Positions 8,175 through 19,727 are shown, counted from the stretch's first letter. The stretch is DNA of 64,000 nucleotides from an uncultured Verrucomicrobiae bacterium (GCA_963762565.1 CAVXLD010000007.1:320001-384000); one strand, 5' to 3'. The notes: a model not told the origin generated them from the letters alone. Program-made: numbers and translations.

Positions 8175-9815
8175 ATGAATACCTTTGAACGACAAAACGT
8201 GATCGGAATGCGGTTACTTCACGATCCTGTGTTGAATAAAGGGACCAGTTTTACCGAAAAGGAGAGAGATGTGTTTTGCTTGCGAGGTTTGTTACCGCCC
8301 CGCGTCTTTTCTCAGGAGCAGCAGGTCACGCGAGCTCTGGAGAACCTTCGTCGCAAGAATTCCGATATTGAACGCTATATTTTCCTGATGGCTCTTCAGG
8401 ATCGAAACGAGAAGCTGTTTTACCGGCTAATCTTGGATCATTTGGAAGAGATCGTCCCAATTATCTACACGCCGACCGTCGGGCAAGCTTGTCAGGAGTA
8501 CGGGCACATATTCCGGCGTCCTCGCGGTATTTTTATCTCGCTGGAAGATGCAGGCCGAGTCGCGAATCTGCTCTGTAACTGGCCGTACAAAGATGTTCGC
8601 GTGATCGTGGTGACCGACGGTGAACGGATCCTCGGTCTGGGCGATCTAGGCGCAGACGGCATGGGAATCCCGGTCGGAAAACTCTCTCTTTACACCGCTT
8701 GTGGAGGTATTGACCCAACCGTTTGTCTACCGGTTACCATTGACGTCGGTACGAATAATGAAGAGCTGCTGAAAGACCCGCTTTACATTGGTCGAGGACA
8801 TCACCGGGTTCGCGGCCCAGCTTATGACAGCTTGATCCAGGAGTTTGTAGAGGCGGTCCAAGGTCTTTTCCCACAAGCATTAATTCAGTTTGAAGATTTC
8901 GGAAACAAGAACGCGTTCCGTCTTTTAGCAGAGTATCGGGACAAAGGGTGCGTCTTTAACGACGATATTCAGGGAACTGCCGCCGTGGTGCTCGCAGGGC
9001 TCCGTTCGGCCAGTACGTTCACTGAGAGGCCGATTTCAGAACAGCGGTATCTCTTTTTTGGAGCCGGCGAAGCGGGGACCGGCATTGCCGATCTGCTAGT
9101 CGAAGAGATGAAAGCAAGCGGCTTATCAGAAAAGGCGGCCCGGCGTTCTTGTTGGTTCATCGATTCGAAAGGATTGGTGGTAAATGGCCGGCACGACCTG
9201 CCGGAGCATAAACTTCGGTACGCGCATCATCATTCTTTTATAAGTGACCCTCTCGCCATTGTTGAGGCGGTTCGACCGGCGGTAATCATCGGCGTGTCCG
9301 GACAGCCGGGTATCTTTAGCGAATCCATCCTGACGCGTATGGGCGAGATCAACGAACGACCGGTTATCTTCGCGCTTTCGAATCCAACGTCCAAATCAGA
9401 ATGTACGGCCGAAGCTGCGTATCGTCTGACCGGCGGGCGCGCGATTTTCGCCTCTGGCAGTCCTTTCAATTCGGTGATGCTGAATGGTCGGAAGTTCGTC
9501 CCCAGCCAAGGTAACAATGTTTATATTTTCCCTGGGCTAGGCTTGGGAATTGTGGCGAGCCAAAGCCGGCGAGTTACGGATACCATGCTTTTGGCAGCCG
9601 CACGAGCCCTGGCCAATGAAGTCTCTGAGGCGGATCTTGGCGAAGGCCGAATTTATCCTCCTTTGGGTCGGATTCGCGAAGTGTCCGAGAAGATCGCTCG
9701 AGCGGTCGCTGAAGTAGCGTACGCTGAGGGGTTGGCCGACTCTCCACGGCCGGCTGATCTTGAGTCATCTATCCGGGAACACATCTTTGTGCCTTCTTAT
9801 ACAAGCTACGTATAG
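8175..9815 (+). CDS. maeA: NAD(P)-dependent malic enzyme
   Basis: VTDGERILGLGDLG, FNDDIQGTA, GAGEAG, ALSNPTSKSEC, QGNNVYIFPG. Confidence 0.95.
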   Translation: MNTFERQNVIGMRLLHDPVLNKGTSFTEKERDVFCLRGLLPPRVFSQEQQVTRALENLRRKNSDIERYIFLMALQDRNEKLFYRLILDHLEEIVPIIYTPTVGQACQEYGHIFRRPRGIFISLEDAGRVANLLCNWPYKDVRVIVVTDGERILGLGDLGADGMGIPVGKLSLYTACGGIDPTVCLPVTIDVGTNNEELLKDPLYIGRGHHRVRGPAYDSLIQEFVEAVQGLFPQALIQFEDFGNKNAFRLLAEYRDKGCVFNDDIQGTAAVVLAGLRSASTFTERPISEQRYLFFGAGEAGTGIADLLVEEMKASGLSEKAARRSCWFIDSKGLVVNGRHDLPEHKLRYAHHHSFISDPLAIVEAVRPAVIIGVSGQPGIFSESILTRMGEINERPVIFALSNPTSKSECTAEAAYRLTGGRAIFASGSPFNSVMLNGRKFVPSQGNNVYIFPGLGLGIVASQSRRVTDTMLLAAARALANEVSEADLGEGRIYPPLGRIREVSEKIARAVAEVAYAEGLADSPRPADLESSIREHIFVPSYTSYV

Positions 9816-9899
9816 AGAACAATTGGCGAGAGACCTTCGACAAGGCGGGTAAGGCGGCCGCGGGCCCCTGGCTTACGGTCATTAAGACAAAGAAAGCGG

Positions 9900-10439
9900 G
9901 TGACTATGAATCTTTTGGTACCTCCTCTCCTCGAAGGACGCACAACGACCACGTCTCACCGGTTAGTCCGTCAGCAAAAAAGATTGTTACGGATACGCGC
10001 TGCCCTATTACAACGGATTAAGCGCCTGACTCAGGACGCCGCTGAAGACACGCCGGGATATAGTATCCACATGGCTGACGCAGCAACCGACAGCTTTGAC
10101 CGTGACCTTACGCTCGGCTTGGCGTCGTTCGAGCAAGAGGCTCTTTACGAAGTTGACGCCGCCTTAAACCGGATAGCGGACGGGACCTACGGAGTTTGTG
10201 AACTAACCGGGCAGCCCATTCCCTGGATACGGTTGGAAGCTGTTCCCTGGACCCGGTTTTCCGTTGAAGCTGAGGCAAAACTGGAGGCCGGCACCCACCC
10301 TCATATCGGCCTGCTCGGAACCGTGCAGCCAGTTAGTGAAGAGGCTGTTGAAGCCCTTTCCAGCCAAAACGTTGAACCGTTGTTGGGAGAATTTATAGGC
10401 GGGCTTTCTAATCGCCGGGTTAGCGATGAAGATTCGTAA
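9900..10439 (+). CDS. DksA/TraR-family protein (YteA-like, one Cys)
   Basis: HMADAATD...ALNRIADGTYGVCELTGQPIP..RLEAVPW. Confidence 0.85.
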   Translation: MTMNLLVPPLLEGRTTTTSHRLVRQQKRLLRIRAALLQRIKRLTQDAAEDTPGYSIHMADAATDSFDRDLTLGLASFEQEALYEVDAALNRIADGTYGVCELTGQPIPWIRLEAVPWTRFSVEAEAKLEAGTHPHIGLLGTVQPVSEEAVEALSSQNVEPLLGEFIGGLSNRRVSDEDS

Positions 10440-10457
10440 TAACCTGAGGTAATTCTT

Positions 10458-10946
10458 ATGAAGACACTTTTCACTGCGGAACCAAGATCCTATTTTTCGC
10501 TGGCCGCGCGAAGAAACATTTTTAGCGAGATCTTGGTTCCGACCGATTTTTCGACCCGATCAAACCGGGCGGTGGACTATGCTGTCGAGTTAGCGAGAGG
10601 ATTAGCATCGCATCTGACTTTGTTACATGTTGTTCCGGCGCCATTCGCGCTCGACTACACGTTGGGCGGCATCCCGAATGGAGAGTGGGAAATGGTCCGA
10701 CAGCTAGCAGATCGGAAGCTGGAAGCGGCTCTCCAGCGAGCCAGAATCAGATATGAAAAAGTCGATACCTTGGTTCGAACTGGCTCCGATCTACATGAGG
10801 AAATTGTAGACGCCGTGATGGAAGTACAGGCGAAGCTGATCGTGCTCTCGAGTCACGGATACAAGGGCTGGAAGCACGTTCTGTTCGGCAATGACGCAGA
10901 TGATTTATTGCTGGAGGTCCCTTGTCCCGCCCTGGTAATTCGTTAG
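10458..10946 (+). CDS. Universal stress protein
   Basis: ILVPTDFS...LTLLHVV...LIVLSSHGYKGWKHVLFG...PCPALVIR. Confidence 0.92.
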   Translation: MKTLFTAEPRSYFSLAARRNIFSEILVPTDFSTRSNRAVDYAVELARGLASHLTLLHVVPAPFALDYTLGGIPNGEWEMVRQLADRKLEAALQRARIRYEKVDTLVRTGSDLHEEIVDAVMEVQAKLIVLSSHGYKGWKHVLFGNDADDLLLEVPCPALVIR

Positions 10947-11285
10947 ATGAGACTACCCGAAGCAGCGCAAACCAAATCGTCCTCCCGCCGTCGTCCAACA
11001 ACTTTCCCCGGGCATTGAATTGTTGGCGGACTATGGCGGGCAGGCTGTCCTTCGTCGTCGTCCTCGTCCTCGAAAACAAGTTTCTTCCCAGGATTTCCTA
11101 ACTCCCTAGAAATCGATTCTGCCAAGGCGCATTAGGAGTTAAGAAAGCCAGCGGCTCGACTGAAGGTCACCGAAGTCCTGCCCAACGTAGCTTTTGTTCC
11201 GTCGTTCTAGAGATCTCCGTTGCCTTTGTTCAAATCCGTCTTTGTCTTAACTCTGTGTGTCTTGGTGCCGAGTTTGGGAATTGGG

Positions 11286-11798
11286 CTAATTCCCGAATCG
11301 CTCCACACCGGCGTTCCACCATTCCTGAACGCGAGCCACTATTTCTGGCACGATGGCTTCGACCCTCGGACTCAGCTCTCGGCCGCAGTCAAACGAACTA
11401 CCAGCCACGGAGATCAATAGAGCCTTGGGGCTAGCGCCGTACATGGCCTGCGCATAACTCAGCAGATTCATCGCTGTGAAATAGTGGGTGTATGCGTCCA
11501 CCGGCTTCGGATCTGGATGAATGGTTTCGCAGGTCCAACTCCCGGGTTGCCCTTCGTAGCACGCATCGATGAAGATAACCAAGTTAGCCTCGCTGATCGG
11601 TTCCGCGAGTTCGGGTGTCAGTTGGTGCACCGCCAACACCTTGGTCGAGTCGCCGGCGAGCTTAGCCAGTTGATCAACCACTTGCCAGCCGATACCGTCA
11701 TCTCCACGTAGCGGGTTACCATACCCAATGATCAGCACTCCGGAGGGCGGTTCTCGCTTAGCTAGAGTTTCCGGCTTGTCAGTTGCGTTTGATTTCAT
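11286..11798 (-). CDS. hoxW: Hydrogenase maturation endopeptidase
   Basis: [17 protein letters not shown]...HQLTPELAE...VIFIDA; directly downstream of hoxH. Confidence 0.9.
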   Translation of the reverse strand: MKSNATDKPETLAKREPPSGVLIIGYGNPLRGDDGIGWQVVDQLAKLAGDSTKVLAVHQLTPELAEPISEANLVIFIDACYEGQPGSWTCETIHPDPKPVDAYTHYFTAMNLLSYAQAMYGASPKALLISVAGSSFDCGRELSPRVEAIVPEIVARVQEWWNAGVERFGN

Positions 11799-13266
11799 CC
11801 AGTACTTCCTTCCCAGGTCCGAGGAGTTGGATATGAAGCGGCATTCGACCGATCGCATGCGTCGAACAGCTCAAACAAGGATCGAAACAGCGGATCACGG
11901 CTTCAACCCGGTTAAGCATCCCTTCCTGCAGATGCGTGCCTTTAACATAGTGTTGTGCGACTTGTTTTACGCCGCGGTTCATGGCCAGGTTATTATGCCC
12001 GGTAGCGATGATCAAATTCACCGATTTGATCAATCCATGTTCGTCGATGGTGTAATGATGAAACAGCGTACCGCGGGGCGCTTCGGCAACCCCGACCCCC
12101 TCGAATCGGTTAGGCTCGGCAAAGGCTCGAACGTGTTTATCTAAGATGTCGGGCTCGTGCAAAATCTGTTCAATTCGTTCGATGCCGTACAAGATCTCAA
12201 CCAGCCGGGCGTAGTGCTGATGGAACGAGCTTAAGATTACCCCTCGATCCTGCGCCCGGAATTCGGTCCAGGCCGCGTCCGCCTTTGGTGTGCCGCACCG
12301 ATCGATGATATTCAGGCGAGCCAGCGGTCCCACTCGATAGATCCCATCGGGATAACCCGCCGGTTTGAAATAAGGCGATTTCAGATACGAGAACGGCTCA
12401 ACCGCCTCTGCCAGGTAATCCTGATACCTGGTTGGATCTACTCCATCCAATACGATGTTACCCTCAGCATCCATCATCCGCAGCACCCCATCATAATGTT
12501 CCAGCGCCGCCGCCTGCCTCAGTTCCCGCCCGTTCCCGCCTCCCGCGGCCGCGGGGCTCGGTTCTCGCTCGTTATTTGGAGCGACCAGACCCATGAACAT
12601 GCTGGGAAAATTTCCGAAAATGCGGATCTCATCCTTGAACTGTTCCTGGATGCCTGTATACCAAGCCAAGGTCCGCTCAATCATCGTGACGGCGTCGGGA
12701 AGCATTACCAGGATTCGTTCCCTTTTTTCTTCGGAGAGCGGTTCGCTGACACCACCGGGCACTACCCAGGCCGGATGAATTCGTTTACCGCCCAGCATGG
12801 CAATGATCTCCTGACCAAACTTGCGGAGAGCGATCCCATCCTTGGCGAGTTGTGGATGGGTTTCGATGACCCCGAAAATGTTACGTTTGGCTGGATCGCT
12901 ATCCATGCCAAACAACAAGTCGGGCGATGACAAATGGAAAAAACTCAGGGCATGTGATTGCACGAGTTGCGCCAGGTTCATTATGCGGCGGAGTTTGGCC
13001 GCCGTGGGCGGTATCTCCACCGCCAGGAGCGCGTCGCAGGCCTTGGCCGATGCCATGAGATGACTCACCGGACAGATGCCGCAGATCCTAGCCGTGATTG
13101 CGGGCATCTCGGCGAATGGACGCCCTTCGCAAAATTTTTCGAATCCACGAAATTGGGTGACGTGAAAACGAGCGTCCTGGACTTCACCCGCGTCGTCCAG
13201 CTGGATGGTGATTTTCGAGTGCCCCTCGATGCGAGTAACCGGATCGATAACGATTTCTTTGGCCAT
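11779..13266 (-). CDS. hoxH: Bidirectional [NiFe] hydrogenase large subunit (group 3d)
   Basis: TRIEGH, L1 [18 protein letters not shown]2 DPCLSCSTH with C-terminal extension. Confidence 0.97.
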   Translation of the reverse strand: MAKEIVIDPVTRIEGHSKITIQLDDAGEVQDARFHVTQFRGFEKFCEGRPFAEMPAITARICGICPVSHLMASAKACDALLAVEIPPTAAKLRRIMNLAQLVQSHALSFFHLSSPDLLFGMDSDPAKRNIFGVIETHPQLAKDGIALRKFGQEIIAMLGGKRIHPAWVVPGGVSEPLSEEKRERILVMLPDAVTMIERTLAWYTGIQEQFKDEIRIFGNFPSMFMGLVAPNNEREPSPAAAGGGNGRELRQAAALEHYDGVLRMMDAEGNIVLDGVDPTRYQDYLAEAVEPFSYLKSPYFKPAGYPDGIYRVGPLARLNIIDRCGTPKADAAWTEFRAQDRGVILSSFHQHYARLVEILYGIERIEQILHEPDILDKHVRAFAEPNRFEGVGVAEAPRGTLFHHYTIDEHGLIKSVNLIIATGHNNLAMNRGVKQVAQHYVKGTHLQEGMLNRVEAVIRCFDPCLSCSTHAIGRMPLHIQLLGPGKEVLDEIKRN

Positions 13267-13268
13267 GG

Positions 13269-13802
13269 CTAAGCTCCAAATCGGGTGAGACCAGTCAGAT
13301 CAGGTTTCGGTCCGGCTAATAATTGAGTTAGTACAAAATAGATGGTGTCGGCCGAGGGCGGGCACCCCGGGACAAATACGTCCACCGTTACATACTCATG
13401 CACCGGACGAGCCTTGGGTAGCAATGGGGGAACCACCTGTTTCGGCACTTGCCGATTCAGCTGCGCGTTTTCGATGTACGAACGATTCTCCAGATCCCGA
13501 ACCGAAAACCGGTTCCGCATACCGGGTACATTCGAAGTCACCGCGCAGTCTCCCAGTGAGACCAGGATTTTGCTTCGTTGCCGAACCTTCCGGATTTTCT
13601 CCAGATCCTCTTCACTGCTCACGGCCCCTTCGACGAGCACAATATCCACATTCTCCGGATACTCTTTGGTATCGACTAGTGGGCTGTAAACCAGATCAAC
13701 TAACCCGGCCAGCTCAAGCCAGCGTTCATCCATGTCCAGCGCCGACATGTGGCAGCCGGAACAACCATCCAGCCAAATTGTGGCTAGTTTCACTTTGCTC
13801 AT
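13269..13802 (-). CDS. hoxY: Bidirectional hydrogenase small subunit
   Basis: [20 protein letters not shown]. Confidence 0.95.
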   Translation of the reverse strand: MSKVKLATIWLDGCSGCHMSALDMDERWLELAGLVDLVYSPLVDTKEYPENVDIVLVEGAVSSEEDLEKIRKVRQRSKILVSLGDCAVTSNVPGMRNRFSVRDLENRSYIENAQLNRQVPKQVVPPLLPKARPVHEYVTVDVFVPGCPPSADTIYFVLTQLLAGPKPDLTGLTRFGA

Positions 13803-14503
13803 CTTGGTTGTTGGCGCATGAGCGCCAGGTAGGGCAGAAACTCTCGCTGTTTCGCCATCTCAGCCACGGATTTGCCTTTTTCAAAAAGCGCACCAGTAGG
13901 ACAGACTTGGACACACTTCCCGCAACTTGTGCAGGTCTCAGAACTGCCCCATGGCTGATTCAAATCGGTGATCACCCGCGAATTGGTGCCGCGTCCCATT
14001 ACATCCCAAGTGTGAGCCCCTTCAATCTCATCGCAAACCCGAACACACCGGGTGCAAAGGATGCAGCGATTGTGATCGACCACGAAGCGATCATGCGACG
14101 CATCTACCGTCGCTTGGGGATACAGATAGGAGAATCGCACGTGCGTCATTCCGTGCTGCTGAGCCAGGCTCTGTAATTCGCAATGGCCGTTCGAAACGCA
14201 TACTGCGCAAATATGGTTTCGTTCCGCAAACAGCAGCTCCAGAATCATTAGCCGATATTTGCCCAACCGCTCGGTATCAGTCTTCACCTCCATGCCTTCT
14301 GAAACTTTGGTAACGCATGCCGGTAACAGTTTCGCGGAGCCCGCTACTTCCACCAGGCATAATCGGCAGGCGCCGGCTTCGCTTAGCCCTTCTAACCGAC
14401 AGAGTGTGGGAATCTTTATCCCGGCATCAGTCGCTGCCTCGAGGAGCGTTTGTTCATCCTCAGCACTCACATGCTGTTCGTTGATGGTTAACGTTTTAGC
14501 CAT
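13799..14503 (-). CDS. hoxU: Diaphorase Fe-S subunit
   Basis: IPTLC...CRLC, HICAVC...[24 protein letters not shown]. Confidence 0.95.
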   Translation of the reverse strand: MAKTLTINEQHVSAEDEQTLLEAATDAGIKIPTLCRLEGLSEAGACRLCLVEVAGSAKLLPACVTKVSEGMEVKTDTERLGKYRLMILELLFAERNHICAVCVSNGHCELQSLAQQHGMTHVRFSYLYPQATVDASHDRFVVDHNRCILCTRCVRVCDEIEGAHTWDVMGRGTNSRVITDLNQPWGSSETCTSCGKCVQVCPTGALFEKGKSVAEMAKQREFLPYLALMRQQPR

Positions 14504-14517
14504 AGCGTGGAAGTGAT

Positions 14518-14727
14518 CAGTAAGCGGTAAGCAGTAAGCGGTAAGCAGTAAGCGGTAAGCGGTAAGCGGTAATAGTGCTTGCGAACACAGGGGCTTGGAC
14601 GCAGGAACGTGTGCTTACTTTGTATAAATAACTTCATTAGAAGTTGGCAGGTTCTTACTGTTGTGATGTTTATTTTTCGAGTAGCTATTGCTTACCGCTT
14701 ACCGCTTACCGCTTACTGGTTTACTGG
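14518..14727. repeat. Inverted pair of heptamer tandem arrays (CRGTAAG / CTTACYG)
   Basis: 8 units at 14518-14573 and about 5 complementary units at 14691-14727, between hoxF and hoxU. Confidence 0.9.
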
Positions 14728-16319
14728 TTAGTGTCCTGGAGTAATTCCAGATACTCGTTTCTAAAATAACGGAGGGTACTTAGCACAGGATTTGGGGCGG
14801 TCTGTCCAAGGCCGCAAAGACTGGTGTGTTTAACCAAATCACAGAGCTCTTCTAATTGCTCCAAGTCTTTCAGAGTGCCCCGGCGTTCGACAATCTTGTT
14901 CAAGAGTTCGTACATTTGCACGGTGCCGGCCCGGCAGGGGATACATTTACCGCACGACTCCTCCATGCAGAACTGCATGTAGAAACGAGCCACGTCCACC
15001 ATGTTCGTATGCTCGTCCATGACGACCATGCCGCCTGATCCCATAATCGAGCCTAAGCTCACTAAGGATTCGTAATCGACCGGCGTATCAAAGTGTTCGC
15101 TGGGAATACAACCTCCGGAGGGTCCCCCGGTTTGCACTGCCTTGATTCTAGCTCCATCCGGAGCACCGCCTCCCAGATCTTGAACGATCTCACGAATCGT
15201 TATCCCGATTGGCACTTCAATTAGCCCGGTATTTCGTATCTTTCCGGTCAACGAAAAGACTTTCGTTCCTTTGCTTTTTTCCGTGCCCAATGCGGCGAAC
15301 CATTCTGGCCCTTTGTCCAGAATCGGGACGATGTTCGCATAAGTTTCGACGTTATTAATTAACGTAGGATAACCCCACAGCCCGCTTTGAGCCGGGAAAG
15401 GTGGACGAGGGTGCGGCTGTCCCCGTTTGCCTTCGATCGACGCCATCAGGGCCGTCTCTTCGCCGCAGACAAAAGCGCCGGCGCCGATGCGAAGTTCAAT
15501 ATTGAAATTGAACGGAGATTCAAAGATACCGCTCCCCAGCAAGCCATGATGTTTGGCTTGACGGATCGCGGTTTGCAGGCGGCTGACTGCCAGCGGGTAT
15601 TCAGCACGGACATAGAGGTATGCCTGGTCCGCCCCAACCGCGAAACCGGCGATCGCCATTCCTTCCAGTACCCGATGCGGATCGCTCTCCAGCACGCTGC
15701 GATCCATAAAAGCACCCGGGTCACCCTCGTCGCCGTTGCAGATAACGAATTTGTGCAGGCCCGGAGATTTTGCAACAGTACCCCACTTAAGACCGGTCGG
15801 GTAACCAGCGCCGCCCCGGCCGCGCAAACCGCTTTTGATGACTGCGTCGATCACCTCGGTTGGCTGCATTTCCGACAAAACATGATGCAACGTGCTATAC
15901 CCTCCGGCTTCGATGTAATCCTCGATTCGTTCCGGATCGATGCGTCCGCTGTTGGCGCATACGACCAAGGTTTGACGTCTGAAGAATGGATGGCTCGGGT
16001 CTCCCAGCTCGGCCTCAGCTACGCCGCCGGCGAGCGCCTCCACAATGGACGGAGCGTTCTCCGGAGTGACATATTGGTAAAGCAGGCCGCCCGGTTCTAC
16101 GGTCACCATTGGCCCTTGACCACACGAACCCATACAACCAACCCGCCGGACCTCTACTCGGCTGACCATGCCTTTGTCGGAGACAGCCTGCTGAAGCGTT
16201 TCTTTGATTTCGGCTGCTCGGGAGGACATGCAACCTGCAGCCATACAACAACGAATGCAGATTTCCTTTCGGGCCTGCTTTTCCTTCTCGGCAACCTCTT
16301 GCAATTGTTCAAGGACCAC
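14721..16319 (-). CDS. hoxF: Diaphorase FMN/NAD-binding subunit (NuoF-like)
   Basis: [52 protein letters not shown]...SLCGLG. Confidence 0.96.
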   Translation of the reverse strand: MVLEQLQEVAEKEKQARKEICIRCCMAAGCMSSRAAEIKETLQQAVSDKGMVSRVEVRRVGCMGSCGQGPMVTVEPGGLLYQYVTPENAPSIVEALAGGVAEAELGDPSHPFFRRQTLVVCANSGRIDPERIEDYIEAGGYSTLHHVLSEMQPTEVIDAVIKSGLRGRGGAGYPTGLKWGTVAKSPGLHKFVICNGDEGDPGAFMDRSVLESDPHRVLEGMAIAGFAVGADQAYLYVRAEYPLAVSRLQTAIRQAKHHGLLGSGIFESPFNFNIELRIGAGAFVCGEETALMASIEGKRGQPHPRPPFPAQSGLWGYPTLINNVETYANIVPILDKGPEWFAALGTEKSKGTKVFSLTGKIRNTGLIEVPIGITIREIVQDLGGGAPDGARIKAVQTGGPSGGCIPSEHFDTPVDYESLVSLGSIMGSGGMVVMDEHTNMVDVARFYMQFCMEESCGKCIPCRAGTVQMYELLNKIVERRGTLKDLEQLEELCDLVKHTSLCGLGQTAPNPVLSTLRYFRNEYLELLQDTNQ

Positions 16320-16809
16320 AACCGATGACTCCTTTTAGCTTTTCCACTGCATTGTCCGGTGTCCGATGACCCGCTACCACGCCGTCATAGACCACAGCCG
16401 GTCCGATGGCACAGGCACCGATACATCGAGCCGTCAAAAGCGATAGCTGTTTATCCGGCGTTGTTTCGCCCGACTTAATGCCGCCGAACTTTTCGATAGC
16501 TGCTAGTATCTTGTCAGCGCCTTTGACATAGCAAGCCGTACCCAGGCAGACCACGCAGGCGTGGGCGCCTTGCGGTTTGAGGCTAAAAAAGTTGTAAAAA
16601 GTAGCGACACCGTAGACGCGACTCGGTGGGACACGCAGTGCCTTCGCGACAAAAGTCAGCGCTTCGTGATCCAAATAACCGAACGATTCCTGGACCGTAT
16701 GCAACGTTTCAATCAGCGCGTGGCCTGCATAACCGAGGCGGCGCATCTTCGCATCGACGATTTTCCACCGTTTATCTTGTGATGGGAGAGACTGCTTTAT
16801 CGGTTTCAT
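16309..16809 (-). CDS. hoxE: [2Fe-2S] subunit (NuoE-like)
   Basis: GVATFY...CLGTAC...RCIGAC; first gene of the hox operon. Confidence 0.95.
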   Translation of the reverse strand: MKPIKQSLPSQDKRWKIVDAKMRRLGYAGHALIETLHTVQESFGYLDHEALTFVAKALRVPPSRVYGVATFYNFFSLKPQGAHACVVCLGTACYVKGADKILAAIEKFGGIKSGETTPDKQLSLLTARCIGACAIGPAVVYDGVVAGHRTPDNAVEKLKGVIGCGP

Positions 16810-17339
16810 GGTTTCTGGGTGGGCGATCCTTACGTTTTCTCAGGCATTCCGTAACAACACGTTGCCTGTAAAGTTGGCCCTCGTGCTAACCCGTTGCCCG
16901 GTCATCTTTATGCTTCTTGGGGGAAGTTACCAATGCGCCGCAGATCGCTCTTGGCTTCTAATGGCTAACTATAACCGAGTGTTGTCAAGAGTTTAACCGT
17001 TTCCACAAAATCGACCCGATACTAGTGCACCAAGTCAGTGACTGGGGTAGTGGCGCTGCTGCGTTGCTCCTCAGTTACGTATCGATTCAGATATGCTCCT
17101 TCGTCGCGTCCGGCAGCTGTCGGACCGACGGCCCATTTTGATCGCAACGCCGCTACCCCAGTCACTGACTTGGTGCGTTAAGCCGAGTCCTTTTCTTGTT
17201 TCCGGTTCATTTGTCAGCTTGGTCTGCCACCCTCGCCGAAAGAAAGGTGGGCAGTACCAGAGCTGGTCAGCAAAAAGCAAAACAGGGCGAGACAACGCGC
17301 TCGTTTTTTGAAATGATCAGGCTACAGAAAGCAGCCCCC

Positions 17340-18542
17340 ATGATTACTCCCCACGTGATCGTGATTGGCGCCGGATCCACAGGATCGGCAACCGCCCACG
17401 ATTTAGCGTTGCGCGGCTTAAGTGTCACCGTCATCGAACGCGGCGAAGTCGCTTTCGGCACGACCGGGCGCAACCATTGTCTGTTGCATTCCGGCGGCCG
17501 CTACTGTGTGACCGACCAGGAATCCGCCATAGAGTGCATCGACGAGAATCTCATTCTGCGGAAGATCATGCCCGATCTTCTCGAATTGAATGACGGTCTT
17601 TTTGTGGCGGTCAGCGAAAGTGATCTTGCGTTCAAGCAAAAATTCCTCGAAGGCTGTGCCGCTTGCCATATCCCAGCCCGCGAGATTACCGTTGCTCACG
17701 CTCTGGCCATTGAGCCATTTCTTAACCCGGCGATTTTGACGGCAGTCCAGATACCGGACGGCGTTTTTGAACCATTCCGGTTTTGTCTGGCCTTTCTGGC
17801 GACCGCCCTCCAAAACGGCGCCACGGTTCGCACTTTTACGGAGGTCACTGATTTTACCTTTTCCAACCGGAACCTATCCGGCGTGAAAATCCACGATCAC
17901 CGGACGGGTAACGATGAAACCCTGGGCGCCGACCTGATTATCAACGCTTCCGGCCCATGGGCTGGAGAAATGGCCGCTAAAGCGGGAGTTCAGGTTCCAG
18001 AGGTGCCGACTGCGGGGGTGATGGTGGCACTGGATTGTCGCTTGAACAACATGGTTATTAATCGCCTCAACAAACCGTCTGACGGCGATATTGTTGTGCC
18101 GCAACGCGCTACTTCGGTGATCGGCACCACCTCCTGGGCGGTCGAAGATCCCGACTTAATTACCATACCGGCCGAGCACGTGGAGCGGATGATTTCCCAA
18201 GGGGAGCAACTATTGCCCGTCGTGAAAAAAGTGCCCATGCGGGCGAAGATGGCAGTTGCTCGGCCGCTCATTGCCACGGCTGGGACGGATGCTCGAGAGT
18301 TAAGCCGCACCTTCGAGTGTTTCGACCATGCTCGTGACGGCGTGAATGGCTTTGTCACGATAACCGGCGGCAAAACCACTACCGCACGCGCGATGGCCGA
18401 GCGCGTCGCCGACATCGTTTGTCAGAAGCTCGGTATCAAGGCGGAGTGTCGGACCCGAGATGTTCCACTTAGTTCTTACCGCTTGTTCTTTGCTAAACAG
18501 AATCTTTTTAAAAAAACGTCCCCGCTGCTGGCCGCAGGCTAA
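17340..18542 (+). CDS. GlpA-like FAD-dependent oxidoreductase (glycerol-3-phosphate dehydrogenase family)
   Basis: VIGAGSTG..A.DLALRG, GTTGRNHCLLHSGGRY.V.D.ESA.EC..EN, SDGDIVVP, ITGGKTTT.RAMAE. No C-terminal [2Fe-2S] domain. Start 17313 or 17340. Confidence 0.88.
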   Translation: MITPHVIVIGAGSTGSATAHDLALRGLSVTVIERGEVAFGTTGRNHCLLHSGGRYCVTDQESAIECIDENLILRKIMPDLLELNDGLFVAVSESDLAFKQKFLEGCAACHIPAREITVAHALAIEPFLNPAILTAVQIPDGVFEPFRFCLAFLATALQNGATVRTFTEVTDFTFSNRNLSGVKIHDHRTGNDETLGADLIINASGPWAGEMAAKAGVQVPEVPTAGVMVALDCRLNNMVINRLNKPSDGDIVVPQRATSVIGTTSWAVEDPDLITIPAEHVERMISQGEQLLPVVKKVPMRAKMAVARPLIATAGTDARELSRTFECFDHARDGVNGFVTITGGKTTTARAMAERVADIVCQKLGIKAECRTRDVPLSSYRLFFAKQNLFKKTSPLLAAG

Positions 18543-18564
18543 CCCGTTTAGGGAGGTATTTCGA

Positions 18565-19335
18565 ATGAACATGCTTAAGGTTCCAATAGAAATCTTCCGC
18601 TATAAGCTAGGGCAGCCGGCTCGTTACGATACTTTCACGATCGAAATCGCAGACACTGCCCATGTGATTGATGCGATTGATATGGTTTGGGCGAAGCATG
18701 ACCCAACTCTAACCTTTCGCCGAGCTTGTCACCATTCGTCGTGTGGTTCTTGTGCGTTGCGGATTAACGGGGTCGAGAAGTTACCCTGCATCGCTCGCAT
18801 AACCGACGTTTGGAATGGTAAAATGCCCGTACGCCTCGAGCCGCTTCGTAATTTCCCGGTTGTCAGCGATCTGGTAGTAGAAGTTGGCTACTTTTTTGAA
18901 CGGATGGCCGCTGCCGGAATGACAATTACCTGCGAAGCCGAAGGCTTCTTGCCATTGACTGTCGACAGCTTTGCTGTGGCTGACGTTCTTCCCAAAACCG
19001 TCGAACTACCGGAGAACCTTTCTCGGTTCAATCGGTTCGAGCAATGCATTGAGTGTGGGATTTGCATGAGCGCTTGCCCAACCATGGCGACCGACGACAA
19101 ATTTCTTGGGCCGGCGGGTCTAGCCGCCATTTATCAGGCTCGACAAAAAACGAATGATCCGGCAACGATTAAACATTTGTTAGGATTAGCCGACGGAGAG
19201 CATGGCGTTTGGCGGTGTCACAGTGCGTTCGAATGCACCGAGGCATGTCCACAAGCCGTTGATCCTGCCTCTAAGATAATGGCTTTGCGCCGCGAGCTCG
19301 CTCTCCGCCGGCTAAGAACGCTGTTCAAAAGATAG
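18565..19335 (+). CDS. sdhB: SdhB/FrdB-type Fe-S subunit
   Basis: CHHSSCGSC...C ([2Fe-2S]), CIECGICMSACP, CHSAFECTEACP; GGAGG RBS at 18552. Confidence 0.9.
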   Translation: MNMLKVPIEIFRYKLGQPARYDTFTIEIADTAHVIDAIDMVWAKHDPTLTFRRACHHSSCGSCALRINGVEKLPCIARITDVWNGKMPVRLEPLRNFPVVSDLVVEVGYFFERMAAAGMTITCEAEGFLPLTVDSFAVADVLPKTVELPENLSRFNRFEQCIECGICMSACPTMATDDKFLGPAGLAAIYQARQKTNDPATIKHLLGLADGEHGVWRCHSAFECTEACPQAVDPASKIMALRRELALRRLRTLFKR

Positions 19336-19337
19336 GT

Positions 19338-19727
19338 ATGTCAACGCTCAACTACAGTAAAGCCAAGCGAGCCGCTCGTTGGTTCGATGTGCGTGGGCGG
19401 AAATCCGGGATGTGGGCTTATGCTTTGAATCGTATTACCGGGATTGGTTTGGTTATCTATCTCTATCTTCACTTGGGAGTGTTAAGTACCCTGATAAGGG
19501 GCCAATCAGCCTGGGATTCGTTTGTGGCGCTAGCGCGTTCCCCATTCTATTTGGCGCTCGATGTGATTTTGCTTGCCGGCATATTAATTCATGGCCTTAA
19601 CGGCTTACGCCTGGCCGTGACTGGTTTCGGGTTCAATGTTGGTGCACAAAAAGCTTTCTTCGTTGTCTTAATGATTATCGGCGCAATCATTTTGATAATT
19701 GCCGCTTTGAAGATTTTCCAGGTGTGA
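19338..19727 (+). CDS. sdhC: SdhC-type cytochrome b556 membrane anchor
   Basis: NRITGIGL.IYL.LH...HGLNGLR; three hydrophobic helices. Confidence 0.85.
   Translation: MSTLNYSKAKRAARWFDVRGRKSGMWAYALNRITGIGLVIYLYLHLGVLSTLIRGQSAWDSFVALARSPFYLALDVILLAGILIHGLNGLRLAVTGFGFNVGAQKAFFVVLMIIGAIILIIAALKIFQV

Noticed and set aside
13424..16328. Long plus-strand ORFs (250 aa and 313 aa)
   Set aside because: Antisense shadows of hoxY/U/F with no recognisable motifs; the same applies to shadow ORFs over ppdK, nifJ and the cytochrome operon.
14721..16809. Respiratory complex I (nuoEF)
   Set aside because: They are followed by hoxU/Y/H/W and no membrane nuo subunits.
16810..17340. FNR, Rex or sigma-54 sites in this and other promoters
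   Set aside because: By eye I found no convincing TTGAT-N4-ATCAA, TTGTGAA-N4-TTCACAA or TGGCAC-N5-TTGC match; a matrix scan could still find weak ones.
17196..18542. Flavoprotein as SdhA/FrdA
   Set aside because: It lacks the RSH...A.GG covalent-FAD motif and is too short; its motifs match GlpA.
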